In this document: positions 1-12,974 of the stretch, in pieces
Layout: every line of letters begins with the position of its first letter
Numbering within the stretch: position 1 is the first letter of the stretch
Assembly: GCF_004010195.1 (NCBI RefSeq)
Contig: NC_057718.1
Span: 104,162,342-104,226,341, forward strand
DNA from: Chiloscyllium plagiosum
Lineage: Eukaryota
DNA: 64,000 bases
Direction: 5' to 3'
Position numbers and translations under genes: made by a program
The notes under the pieces: model-generated
The model's input: only the letters and a program-made list of their open reading frames with translations
What the model was told of the DNA's origin: nothing
Database searches by the model: none

Positions 1-107
1 GGTTCAGGTTCCACCTTCTCCAGAGCTATGTAATAATAACATCTCTGAACAAGTTGATTAAAAGATACTTATTTACAAAAGTCAAAAATTTGGATTCAAA
101 GACATTT

Positions 108-476
108 AGAGTCATACAGTTGTACAGTATGGAACCAGACCTTTCAGTCCAACTCGTCCATGCCGACCCCTAAATTAACCTTGTCCCATTTGCCAGCACT
201 CGGCCCATATCCCTCTAAACCCTTCCTATTCGGATACCCATCCAGAGTCCTTTTAAATGTTGTAATTGTAACAGCCTCCACCACTTCCTCTGGCAGCTCA
301 TTCCATACACGTACCACCCTCTGCATGGAAAAAGTTGCCCCTTAGGTCCCTTTTAAATTTTTCCCCTTAAATCTATGCCCCTCTAATTCTGGACTCCCTT
401 ACCACAGAAAAAAAAAAGACCTTCTCTATTTACCCTGTCCATGCCCCTCATGATTTTATAAACCTCTGTAAGGTTA
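108..476 (-). mobile_element. CR1 LINE 3' end fragment
   Basis: ORF 144..326(-) QRVVRVWNELPEEVVEA..TFKRTLD is the typical CR1 ORF2 C-terminus, followed by 3' UTR. Confidence 0.9.
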
Positions 477-824
477 AATTCTCACTGACTAGAGTTCTCT
501 TCGAGGGGTGTTTGGTAGTCTGCAGATCTCTGACAGAGCCAGGATCAGCAAGGGTAGTGAGAAATGTGGAGTTGGCTCCTAACGTGGGAAGTCGCAGCAG
601 AGTGGTATCTGACTGCAATTGCCTCTTCCTGAGGCTATCTGATTTAATTTCCCATCTCCTGCTTGTGGTTTCACTTGTGGCCCCAGTGTGTGGTAGCTGC
701 CTGACTGAGGACTGGTCTCACAAACACAGAAAGCTTTTTACATGGCTATTAGTCTTTATGCGCACTTATGCTAATTTTCTGCTCATGATTTTTATGAGGC
801 AAAAGAAGATTTTTTTTCAGTCTC

Positions 825-1090
825 TACTACCAGTGTGTGCATTAAGCACTCCCAGGTCAGATGTAACATGCATTAGATGAAGGATAAAGCTTCTTCTGCA
901 GAGTTCCAACAATATGCCTTAACCCCCCCCCCTCAACTCAGAGGATCATCCCTTACCACATCAATGTGACATTTCCAGCTCCTCACAGCACACATCCATA
1001 GCTCCTTTCTGAGGCAAACCTCCAATGTAGCACTAATTAGAGCTGAGTTATGGGCAGTTTTGTGCTGTGGTTCCATACCCACTAGAATCT
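825..1090 (-). mobile_element. LF-SINE-like ancient SINE fragment
   Basis: Minus strand ccacagcacaaaactgcccataactcagctctaattag...gggttaaggcatattg...gaagcttt is collinear with the LF-SINE body as recalled (CCACATCACAAAACC..GCACTAATTGG..GGGTTGAGGCACATTG..GAAGCTT). Confidence 0.55.
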
Positions 1091-1325
1091 TAACTGATAT
1101 GGCTCAATTAGATTGCACTTAGTGCAAGAACAGACACCAGTGGCACAATCATTTCACTCCAGCTCTTTAATCTGAGTTCCAGAATCATCATGTCTGTGTG
1201 CATATTACACAGAAATGTACACACCCACAGATGCACACCCAGATACATGCATACTCACATACACCCAGACATACACCCACACAGATACATTCACACACCC
1301 ATAGATACACATCCACACACAGACA

Positions 1326-1886
1326 GATTATGTGGCTTTAAGAGTTGTATTTCATCCTGTTTTTTTTATGAAGAAAGGTTGACACAGAGATCATAGAGCG
1401 ATCTGCTCAAAGCCAATAAAATAAACAGCTTGTGATGCCTTGGGTTTTTTTAAAAATTTGGAACAATAGAAGCAGTCTGAATGGGTGGGGTCAAGCTCCC
1501 AGAGAACCAGGATGTTTAGTTTTGGCTTTCTGCAATTGCTGGGGTCTTGAAGCTGGTTGTGGAAGCTCTTATTCCTCTCTGTTACAGCTAAAAGCTGGGG
1601 TTCTCTTCCTGCTGCTAGAATTGCATGTGAGACATCTATCTTACTGAATTCACCTTTGCCAAGGGTGTGTTTATGGGATGTTAATATATTGGAACAGTTA
1701 CTGTTTTGGAGTCAAATAATCTATTATTGTGTAAATTTTCCAATTGCGTTAAGTTATTCTAATTCTTTCTGGTAGTTTGACCAATCAGAATGCAACGTTT
1801 GGAACTTGCCTTTAAAATAAGTAAAAAGTTTCATGTCTAGGCTATCTCCCTGACATGGTTTGAGGGGTTTGCTCTGGTCTATAACA
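1326..1886 (+). mobile_element. Probable solo LTR inserted into a CA-rich repeat
   Basis: ~560 bp non-repetitive block splitting the CA-rich tract and ending in tataaca; 5' TG terminus degenerate and no clear TSD. Confidence 0.4.
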
Positions 1887-3245
1887 ATACCCACACACAT
1901 ATTTCCATATCCAGAGACTCATACCCAGACACACATACAAGCATACACCCATAGACACACACCCAGGTACACACCCACACGCATATACTCATACATCTGT
2001 GGACATGCACCCACACACGTGCACACTCATACACTCACACACGTGCACACTCATGCACCCACACACGTGCGCACTCATACACCCACACACATGCGCACTC
2101 ATACACGCACGCACTCATACACTCACACATGTGCACACTCATACACCCACACATGTGCGTGCACTCATGCACCCACACACATGCACACTCATGCACTCAC
2201 GCACGTGTGCACTCATGCACCCACACACATGCACACTCATGCACCCACACACATGCACACTCATGCACCCACACACGTGCGACTCATGCACCCACACACT
2301 CATACACCCACACACGTGCGCACTCATGCACCCACACACATGCACACTCATGCACTCACGCACGTGCGCACTCATGCACCCACACACGTACGCACTCATA
2401 CACACACACGTGCGCACTCATGCACCCACACGTGCGCACTCATGCACCCACACACGTGCGACTCATGCACCCACACACTCATACACCCACACACGTGCGC
2501 ACTCATGCACCCACACACGTGCACATTCATGCACCCACACACGTGCGCACTTATACACTCACACACTCACACACATGCGCAGTCATGTACCCACACACAT
2601 GCGCACTCATGCACCCACAAATGCACACTCATACACACAGACGTGCACACTCATGCACCCACACACGTGCGTACTCATGCACCCACACACGTGCGCACTC
2701 ATGCACCCACACGTGCACACTCATGCACCCACACACTCATACACCCACACATGTGCGCACTCATGCACCCACACACGTGCACATTCATGCACCCACACAC
2801 GTGCGCACTTATACACTCACACACTCATACACGTGCGCACTCATGCAACCACACACATGCACACTCATGCACCCACACACATGCACACTCGTGCACCCAC
2901 GCTCATACACTCACACACGTGCACACTCATGCACCCACACACTCATACACTCACACACGTGCGCACTCATACACCCATACACATGCACACTCATGCAACC
3001 ACACATGTGCACACTCATACCCACCCACACACGTGCACACTCATACACACACACTCATACACTCACACACGTGCGCGCTTATATACCCACACACTCACAC
3101 ACTCACACACGTGCGCACTCATGCATCCACACACATGCGCACTCATGCACCCATACACGTGCACACTCATACACTTACACTTGTGCACACTCATACACTT
3201 ACACATGTGCACACTTATACACCCATACTTGCACCCACACACACA
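1887..3245. repeat. CA-rich minisatellite, ~24-bp unit gcacccacacacgtgcacactcat (related tract at 1205-1325)
   Basis: Unit visible directly; 8-aa periodicity (MHPHTCTL) in all three + frames. Confidence 0.97.
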
Positions 3246-3529
3246 GAACATATTTCTCATTTTTCTTACAATGCATCAATGATTACACGTCAATAGTGTG
3301 TAAAGTGATTGGGGATGCTCTGGGATGGTGAAAGGTGCTTTATAAATGCATTTTATTTCTTTTCTCTGGAGCTAACCCCAGAATCCCCAACCAGCCTGTG
3401 AAGTCAGAGGTGATTGTGATCACCCAGTTAAAATGACAGTAGTTATTGCTTCAACCAGGATGGGGGTGTTTCAACACAGAACGTGGACCAAAGGAAACAA
3501 CACTCAGAGCTTCACGCCGAATTCTGTCC

Positions 3530-3670
3530 CTATTCCAAAGAAAAGACTGATCAGATCCAAAACATTAACTCTGTTTCTCTCTCCACAGATGCTGCCACAC
3601 CTGCTGAGTTTCTCCAGTACGTTCTGTTTTTATATCTGATCTCTAGCATCCATGATAATTTGTATTGCCT
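3530..3670 (+). mobile_element. PLE terminal-repeat fragment, family C (degenerate)
   Basis: aaacattaactctgtttctctctccacagatgctgcc..ctgctgagtttctccag shared with copies at 15214, 21088, 60445 and 62857. Confidence 0.7.
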
Positions 3671-4207
3671 GTGAACTACACTATAGGGACACTTTGACGA
3701 GTTTATTTCTCAAAAATGCATTTACCCAGCTGCTCTTATTTTATGGGACAAACAAAGGACTGTGTTTCAAACTTAGTTTTATTAAACTACCCACAAGGTG
3801 AAGAGACAAATTTTATACAAATTAAATTAACTTTCTCCAAACTCGGCTGATTGCCTGAAATACTTTGACGTCCTTCCGTGAACTTGTTTGAGCTCCATCA
3901 ACAGGGTGCTCAGGGTCTTCACAATACAAAGGTGGGTCTGACTCAGAGTCTTCACCGGCTGAGTCTTTGCTGAGGGAATGGCCGCCAGGTGCCCTCTCTG
4001 ATCTCCCTTTCTGAGCACATATGGAATCTTCTCTGACTTAAGCCAATAAGGTCACAGGGCAGTGGTCACAGTACCCAATGAGCTTAGGCCAGGTCATCCT
4101 ACCCATCCCCCTTCCCAAGATATGATTGCTCCTTTGTGCCAAGGGATCTGTCCAAAACTGGGCAATACAGGAACACAATGTCTCTCCCTGTTGTTCTGGC
4201 TGAGTAC

Positions 4208-4778
4208 TCAGGCAAAGGTGAGTACTGCAGATGCTGGAGATCAGAGTCAAGATTAGAGTGGGCCTGGCAAAGCACCGCAGGTCAGGCAGCATCTGAGGAG
4301 CAGGAAAATCGACGTTTCAGGCAAAAGCCCTTCATCAGGAATGAGGCTGGGAGCCTCGGAGGTGGAGAGATAAATGGGATGGAGGTGGGGCTGGGGGGGA
4401 AGGTAGCTGAGAGTGCAATAGGTGGATGGAGGAAGAGGTAAAGACGATAGGTTGGAGAGGAGGGTGGAGTGGATAGGTGGGAAGGAAGATTGACAGGTGG
4501 GACATGTCAAGAGGGTGGTGCTGAGCTGGAAGATTGGAACTGGGGTAAGGTGGGGGGAGGGGAAATGTGGAAACTGGTGAAGTCCATATTGATGCTCTGG
4601 GATTGGAGTGTCCCGTGGCGGAAGATGAGGTGTTCTTCCTCCAGGCGTTGGGTGGTGAGAGAGTGATGGTGGAGGAGTCCCAGGACCTGCATGTCCTCAG
4701 TAGAGTGGGAGGGGGAGTTGAAATGTTCAGCCATGGGGCAGTGTGGTCGATTGGTGCAGGTGTCCCGGGAATGTTCCC
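4208..4778 (-). mobile_element. Penelope-like element family A, 5'-truncated (GIY-YIG C-terminus plus terminal repeat)
   Basis: ORF 4507..4734(-) AEHFNSPSHS..LEEEHLIFRHGTLQSQSIN; TSD ggctgagtac at 4198-4207 and 4779-4788. Confidence 0.9.
4305..4342 (-). ncRNA. Minimal type I hammerhead ribozyme (PLE family A)
   Basis: Minus strand auuc-CUGAUGA-A-GGGC-uuuu-GCCU-GAA-ACGU-C-gauu: intact core, stem II, ACGU palindrome, GUC cleavage triplet. Confidence 0.8.
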
Positions 4779-5019
4779 GGCTGAGTACCTGTCAATGGGC
4801 TTCGGGTCATGCCGAGTCTCCCATTGTTCGATATGCAATCCAGGTCTGGGCTGGGCCCTGTTGGTCTCTGACCTGCAGTAACCCTGGTCTATTTGCAGTC
4901 CATCAGACCTTGCTTGCAGAAACTGTTCAGCCAATTTAATGTTGGGCCTGGCTGCTTAGGCCATTGGCCACATTTCCTTCCATTTAATTCTGCTCTTATG
5001 AACATTTCTAGCTTTTGTC

Positions 5020-5225
5020 ACTCTGCCTTTGGAGGATTTGACTTTCCCAAGTTACCCGGGCCCTAAACTCTGGAACTCCATCCATACACCTCTCCCTCTG
5101 TGATTAACACACTCATTAACACACACCTCTTTAACCAGGCTTTCACTCCCCTGCTCTGATATCACTTTATCTGAATCAGTGTTGAATTTATTTGAAGATT
5201 GTTCCTACTGAAGCACATTGGGAAT
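5020..5225 (+). mobile_element. L2 LINE 3' end fragment
   Basis: gccctaaactctggaactcc..cctctttaaccaggctttc motif, shared with 27370 and 41660. Confidence 0.65.
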
Positions 5226-7639
5226 ACAGGCACACTATCCCCCTCTTTATCCTTCTCCAACTTCCTTATAAAATTAACAAGACCTTTGGGCAGAGGGTCA
5301 AACAGGGGCTCACAGCTCCAACACCCTCAACCTGCTGGTAGACAATGTTCATGCCAATGTTGTATCAGGGCTTTAGGATTGTGGAGCATCTTTGCAATGA
5401 GGTCACAGAGCTATACATCAGAGTATAAATACCACAAAGTAGGCAGGGTTAGAACATTCACGAAGATGCAGACTATAACAGGGATATGACCAATACAAGG
5501 AAGGCAGATTAGTCCTTACTGAATATAACTGTAAGTAAGATCCTGCTACATATATTAAAAAAAACAGAGAATGCTGGGGAAACTCTATTGGTCAGGCAGT
5601 ATCTGCAGAGAGAGAAACAGACTTAACATTCGGACCCTATAGTTTAACTGCAGAAAATACATCATCCTGTTTATAAGCACTACAAATAATCAGACCCTAC
5701 TGTGCTCTGTTCATTCCCCACAATCACAGTCAATGAACACTCAGGGTCACTGGCACACCCATTGAAATAAAAGCAAAATACTGCAGATGTTGGAAATCTG
5801 AAATAAAATGAGGAAATGCTGGAGAAACTCAGAGTTAAAATTTCAAATCTAGTGACCTTTTTATCTATGTATAATTCTGATGATACATGTATATTTATAC
5901 AAATTTCAATGATACGGATATACTTTGATTGCCATGCAGAGCAAGATTTAATATTAACGTATATCTGTATTAGTATTACTTTGACATCTCGCCTGGGAGA
6001 CAGTTGTTAATTTTTCCTTTTCCTCAAAAAATCAATAAACAGCCCAAAATCACAGTACGACAATAAAACACACCCAACACACAGCCCTATCTGTGTTACA
6101 GAAATCAGAAGAGACTCCATCAGAGACGCTTACAGCCTGAGCTAGTGTCTCCCATACTGGGAGCCTGTGTGCTGCACAATCACCTCTGTGCTCTCTCCTG
6201 GGTTACCGGATACACTGGAACATTACTCCAATAGCAAGGAACAGATCCTATAATCCCATCAGTCACTGCAATGATAGCTCACTCCTGTAGGCCACACGGT
6301 GGACTTTGCTGAGCCATTGGGGATAGGTGTAAACACTGTGCAGGACAACATGGAGTTCAAACTCATCCAAGATTAAACTGTGAAACACAAAGCTCCACGG
6401 GAAGAGTGTTGCAAAATCAGAAAGCTAATAATGCTGTCAAAGACTAATAGATATTTAACATATATGTTCATAAAACAAAATCCATTGCCTCTTCAGTTCT
6501 GGTAATCTGATTATTTTGACAAGTGCAATTTTCTTTAGGTGGAAGTTAATGCTGGAGAGTGCAAGGACTAACAATCCTACCTGTTTAATTTTGCTTATTG
6601 CTTTTATGATAAAAGTGCTGATAACACTGTATATTATAATTACATGTTAATTATACTCAGGGGACTGTCTCTGTGGGGTGAAGGTGCTTTAGATGAAACC
6701 ACAGAAAAATCTTCAAACACTGCTGGGTGAGAGCAAGCGAAAAGCAAAGTGATCCTCATTTTCAATTTCTGGTCATTGTGAAGCCCTTTCAATAATTAAT
6801 GATCCTGTGTTCATGAGCTCATTAAAAACTAGTGTGGTCTCGATCACTGAGAAACCCACAATGGGATGTTTACAGTTCCTGAGTTTTCCTAGAAATCTCT
6901 GCTCGGGAAAGAACTCAATGTTTGATGTTTAATATACACTTTACTGATGTGAGGTTAAGTGAGATGACACAGAAGGAGGCCATGTTGCCCCTCATATTTG
7001 CTCCAAACAGCCCTGAAAAGAAATTCCATGGTCTGAAATCCCCCCTGTCTGCCCCACCTTGGGCAGTTATCAGGATCTGCACAGGGCAGCTTTAACCTGA
7101 CGACACCTGTTCGAGTGTACAACCGGCTTTTTAAAGATGGCCTGGGCTCGAGGGATGTCAGTGAACTTCAGGATCTCCACTGAATAGCAAGTTGTTCTCG
7201 GAACAGCACATGGTGAGAGGGGGCTAGAATCAGACCTGAGGGGTCCCTTCAGGGCAGTTTGGGTAGTTTTGAGACGGGTTCAGTCAGGTAGGGCAAGAAA
7301 CATCACACAGACTTGTGGTGGAAATCCATCCAAAAAGATTAACACACTCAGACCTGGCCAAGAAAAGGAAAGTTTCAGCCCAATGAAACCATCACCGATT
7401 GGTGTAAAAACCTATCTGATTTACTAACGCCCCTTAGGGATGGAATCTGTCATTGTCAATCAATATGGCTTACATGTAAATTCAAAGACAGCAATATGAA
7501 CTCAGTTCAACTGCATTTAGGAATCGGCAATAAATGATGGCTTAGCCAGCGGGGATGTGAAAGATAAAAATACATTTCTTCTGTCACATGATCACTTACA
7601 TCAGTGCTGATGTAGGCTGAACAGTTAGATACTTGAGTA

Positions 7640-7980
7640 TTAACCCTTTACCCTACAAGAGCCTTTGTAGTTGAAGGCTTAGTTGCCAATGATGAAGCGA
7701 CAGAGTTCAGGGGGAGTCAGAATGAGAGTAACACAAAGACCTCAGACATTTATGGGGCTGGGGGAGATTACAGAGACAGGGAGAGGTGAGGGCACAAAGG
7801 GATTTGAAACAGGGTTGGGAATTTTAAAGCTGATGCCAATGTAGGTCAGTGAGCACCACGGGAGCTGTGTGTACTGGAACTTGGTTCAGGTATATCCAAG
7901 AACTGAGTTCTGGATGAACTGTAGTTTTCAATCTTCAGATGCATTGTGGGAGGTCGGACTGGAGGAAGTACACTGAATAG
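7640..7980 (-). mobile_element. L2 LINE fragment
   Basis: Reverse complement of the L2 HITPVL/LHWLP region (ccaatgtaggtcagtgagcac), also seen at 41815. Confidence 0.65.
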
Positions 7981-7986
7981 CTTAAA

Positions 7987-9330
7987 ACCATATGACATAG
8001 GAGTAATGTAGGCCATTCAGCCCATCAAGTCTGTTCTTGCCATTCAGTCAGATCATGGCTGATCTGATATCCTCAATATCACTTTTCTGCCTTCTCCCCA
8101 AGATCCTTGCTTATCCCTTAATGATTTGAAATCTGTCTATCTCAGCCTTGAATACACTTAACAACTAAGCCTCAACAGTACTCTGAAGTAAATAATCCAC
8201 ATACTCAGCACCAGCATTGTGTACCTTTACTGCCTCCAATGCCAGTATATTTTCCCTTAGATAATGGGGACCAAACCGTTCACAGTATTCCAGTTGTGGT
8301 CAAACTAGTGCCCTGTATAGTTTTAGCAATAAACTGCCCTATGTCTATACTCCATTCCCTTTGAAATAAAGGCCAACATTCCATTTGCCTTCCCTATTAC
8401 CAGCTGAACTTGGATGTTAACTTTTTGTGGCTTATGCATGAGGATTCCCAAATTCCTCTGTTCTGCAGCTTTCTGCAGTCTGTCTCTATTTAAATAATAT
8501 TCACCTCCTTTGTTCTTCCAGCCAATGTGCATAACTTCACATTTCCCCACATAACAGTCCATCTATCAAGTTTTTACCCACTCTCTTCACAGTCTATATC
8601 CCACTGCAGATTCTTTGTGCAATCCTCACTATTAGCCTTACCACCTGTTTTACGTCATCCACAAACTGGCTCTACTACATTACTTTACAATATATATTAC
8701 TGACTTGGATGAGGAAACAATGGTGACCCCAGCACTGATCCCTGTGGTACTCCACCAGTAACAGATTGCCATCCCCCCTTATCCTAACTCTCTGTCTTCT
8801 ATTAGTTAGCCTATCCTCTATCCACTCTCTTATACTACTACATTACATCCACTACTCCCCTTTATCTGTCCTCCTGATGAGCTCCTCAAAGAATTCTAAT
8901 AGATTTGTCAGACATGTTTTCCCCTTCATGAATCCATGCTGACACTACATGACTATATTGTGTTTCTAACTGCTCTGCTATTACATCCTTTATAATAGAT
9001 TCCATCATTTTCCCAATAACAGATGTTAAGCCAATTGGCCTATAGTTACCTGTTCCTTTTGGAATAATGATATTACATTGGCAGTTTCCCAGTCCTCTGA
9101 GGATTCCTGGAAGATTACTACCAGTGCATCCACAATCTCTGTAACTATTTCCTTTAATATCCTACAACCCATCAGCTCCAGGGAACCTATCAGTCTTTAG
9201 CCCTATTAGTTTCTATGCCATATTTTCTCCACTAATTGTACTTATTTCATCTCCTCCCCTTGCTCTTTGATTATTTCATAATTTTGGAATGTTATTAATG
9301 TAACCAACTGTGAAGAATTTCTTCAATTCC
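7987..9330 (-). mobile_element. Decayed CR1 LINE with internal deletions
   Basis: ORF 8323..8562(-) VGKCEVMHIG..KANGMLAFISKGMEYR; CR1 3' tail at ~7990-8100. Confidence 0.88.
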
Positions 9331-10599
9331 TATGACAATTCATGTTCCCTAATTGTCTGAAGGTTCTGGAAAGCCAGGGAATGAAAGAGCATGCACTGTC
9401 CTTTTCAGTTCAATCGCACACCATCAGTCTACACAGAAACAGACTAGGTTCGAGGGTGCTGCATGTATAGATGTTCTAACCAACCTGCTCAGAAACGTTA
9501 TAACACACTCTCTGGAGACAACAGGTTGGAATTGAACCCCAAGCCTCCTGGTTCAAAGGTAGGTACATTACCACAACAGCCTCTATGTTCTTGTGTAAAC
9601 CAAATCAGAGGCAAGTACAATTAGTCAATGAATTGACTATTAATTGATTGCAGCTGTAATCAAATAAATGGAAAGTAGCTGATTAACTGAAAAATAATCA
9701 TTGGCAGTTCTTTAAAAAAAATCCCTATTCCAGAGCCACATTTGAGTCAATTTGCCATTATAACAATGCAAATTATATAGAATTTGCATAATATGCATGG
9801 TTGCAATCTTACAATGTAAACGGAATAATCCTCTCCAAACATATCAATAAAACACAGGAAATCAATGGGATGGGATGCAGTGTCACCAGCAATTTTTGAA
9901 ATTCCACCCCATTAGGATCTCCTTTGCTCAGACTTTGGCAAATGTCACAAGCCAGATTGTCACACAGCAAAACTAAAAATACAATCACAATGCTACAATT
10001 TATTTCCTGCATTAAAATGTCATGTTTTCAGGGATTTCTTTTCCAGACTGTCTGAATAATTCAGAATCTGCAATATTGACACACAAGTGCGAGGGTCCGT
10101 GACTCAGTATTGCTTTAATTTTCAGGATCTACATTTTTTAAATTAAATAACTGCTTTAGTTGTTTAAAGTATTATTGTGCATTAATCTCCTGTATTATCT
10201 TGTTCATTTAAGTAGAAAAGACTGTCATGTTGGATTTTCTGAAGTTCATTTAAAAATATATTTTCAAAGTGAGCCATCTATAAACTGTCACCTGGATTAC
10301 TGCATAAGAGTAGTTTGTCAGAGTTTAATACCATCCTCCACTTCTTGCTGTGATCCACAATAAGTCCAAAGTCTGGAGAGGTCATTAAGAATCCCTGCGA
10401 AGCATCATGTGCCCAACAAAGCTCACAGATGAAATGCTGGGCTACTCACTACCATTACAATTATGGCAGGAAAGAAATGAGATTCACGCCAAACAGGACA
10501 CAAAGTCAGCAAAGCATCCACCCCTCATGCTAGGTGTGAGTAGGCCAGAGAGCAGAGCGGACCAGGAAATGAGAAAGCTCAAGGCAGCCTGAAGCAGGT

Positions 10600-12430
10600 T
10601 TTGTCACAATGTTGAAGAATAACTATATTGTCAAAGTATAACTGTGTAACTGTATTATTGTATGGTATCAGGGTAATTATAATGGTACAGTGTAACAGTG
10701 TTGTCACAGTGTAACTATGTAATTGTAATAAAACAGTGTAATAGTATTGTCACAGTACAGTGTAACAGTATTTTCACAGTGTAACTGTGTAATTGTAATG
10801 GTACAGTGTAACAGTATGGTCAAAGTGTAACTGCGTAATTGTAATGGTACAGTGTAACAGCACTGCCAATGTGTAACTGTGTAACTGTAATGGTACAGTG
10901 TAACAGTATTGTCACAGTGTAACTGTGTAACTGTAATGGTGCATTGTAACAATATTAAACAGTGTAACTGTGTAAATGTAATGGTACAGTGTAACAGTAT
11001 TGTCAAAGTATAACTGCATAATTGTAATGGTAAGTGTAACAGCATTGTCAAAGTGTAACTGTGTAATTGTAATGGTACAGTGTAACAGTATTGTCAAAGT
11101 GTAACTGTGTAAATGTAATGGTACAGTGTAAAAGTATTGTAACAGTGTAACTGTGTAATTGTAGTAATACAGTGTAACAGTATTGTCACAGTGTAACTGT
11201 GTAATTGTAACAATACAGTGTAACAGTATTGTCGCAGTGTAACTGTAATTGTAATGGTACAGTGTAACAGCATTGTCAAAGTGTAACTGTGTAATTGTAA
11301 TAATACAGTGTAACAGTATTGTCGCAGTGTAACTGTAATTGTAATGGTACAGTGTAACAGCATTGTCAAAGTGTAACTGTGTAAATGTAATGGTACAGTG
11401 TAACAGTATAGTCAAAGTGTAACTGTGTAACTGTAATGGGACAGTGTAACAGCATTGTCACAGTATAGCAGTGTAACTGTAATGGCACAGTATAACAGTA
11501 CTGTCAAAGTTTAACTGTGTAATTGTAATGGTACAGTTTAACAGTATTGTCACTGTGTAACTGAGTAATTGTAACAATACAGTGTAACATTACAGTCACA
11601 GTGTAACTGTGTAATTGTAATAGTACAGTGTAATAGTATTGTCAAAGTGTAACTGTGTAACTGTAATGGTACAGTGTAACAGCATTGTCACAGTATAGCA
11701 GTGTAACTGTAATGGTACAGTATAACAGTACTGTCAAAGTTTAACTGTGTAATTGTAATGGTACAGTTTAACAGTATTGTCACTGTGTAACTGAGTAATT
11801 GTAACAATACAGTGTAACAGCATTGTCAAAGTGTAACTGTGTAATTGTAATAATACAGTGTAACAGTATTGTTGCAGTGTAACTGTAATTGTAATGGTAC
11901 AGTGTAACAGCATTGTCAAAGTGTAACTGTGTAATTGTAATAATACAGTGTAACAGTATTGTCGCAGTGTAACTGTAATTGTAATGGTACAGTGTAACAA
12001 TATTGTCACAGTGTAACTGTGTAAATGTAATAGTACAGTGTAACAGTATTGTCACAGTGTAACTGTGTAACTGTAATGGTACAGTGTAACGGTATTGTCC
12101 CAGTGTAACTGTTTAACTGTAATGGTACAGTGTAACAGCATTGTCACAGTGTAACTGTGTAATTGTAATAGTACAGTGTAACAATATTGTCACAGTGTAA
12201 CTGTGTAAATGCAATGGTACAGCATGACAGTATTGTCACAGTGTAACTGTGTAACTGTAATGGTACATTATAACAGTACTGTCAAAGTGTACCTGTGTAA
12301 TTGCAATGGTACAGTATAACAGTATTGTCACAGGGTAACTGTATAATTGTAATGGTACAGTGTAACAGCATTGTCACAGTGTAGCAGTGTAACTGTATTG
12401 TTGCAGACTAGCTGTATTATCACAGTGTCA
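10600..12430. repeat. Minisatellite, 46-bp unit gtaatggtacagtgtaacagtattgtcacagtgtaactgtgtaatt (~39 copies)
   Basis: Unit read directly; 44-bp variant units; internal tgtaa sub-repeats. Confidence 0.97.
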
Positions 12431-12683
12431 TAATTTTATTGCGTTATTACTGTATCAGAGGGTAACAGAATCTTACAATGCAAAGTTAATGTATTGTCAC
12501 AATATCACAGGAAAATTATATTGACATAATGTCATTCTAAACTGAGTTGGTACAGTGCCAGAATTGACAGCATTTTCACATCATGATGGTATTGTCATAA
12601 TAACCATCTTCACATTGATACAGTTTGATAGTAGTGCCATAGTGTAATTGTATTATACAGTGTCACAGGGTGAGAATACATTC

Positions 12684-12830
12684 AGGGTTAGAGATAAAGT
12701 TAGAGTTAGAGTTAGGGTTTGGGTTAGCATTGGAGTTAGAATTAGAGTTAGGGTTAGAGTTAGGAGTAGGGTTAGGGGTGAATGATGTGAAAGTGTAATG
12801 GGTGGTTTGAGGGGTAATGGGGTTAGGGTG
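12684..12830 (+). repeat. Degenerate telomere-like (TTAGGG/TTAGAG)n tract
   Basis: gttagagttagagttagggtttgggttag..gttagggttagagttaggagtagggttaggg. Confidence 0.8.
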
Positions 12831-12974
12831 CTGGGGTAATGCCAGTCAGAGGCAGGAGATCATGAGACCTTCAGGAATACATGCAGTCAGTGTTAGCAGA
12901 CATAATCAGACATCTTACAGTTTGATTTTGCCTCAGAGTCACAGATATTCAGCTATTGGTTGCACTTCAGTCTC

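Noticed and set aside
1860..3331. 400-478 aa His/Thr-rich ORFs
   Set aside because: All three frames are open only because the 24-bp repeat lacks stop codons; no gene structure
10704..12055. Repetitive minus-strand ORFs, or a CRISPR-like array
   Set aside because: Head-to-tail satellite with no unique spacers and no cas genes, in a eukaryotic context
12684..12830. True telomere
   Set aside because: Short, degenerate and internal to the window
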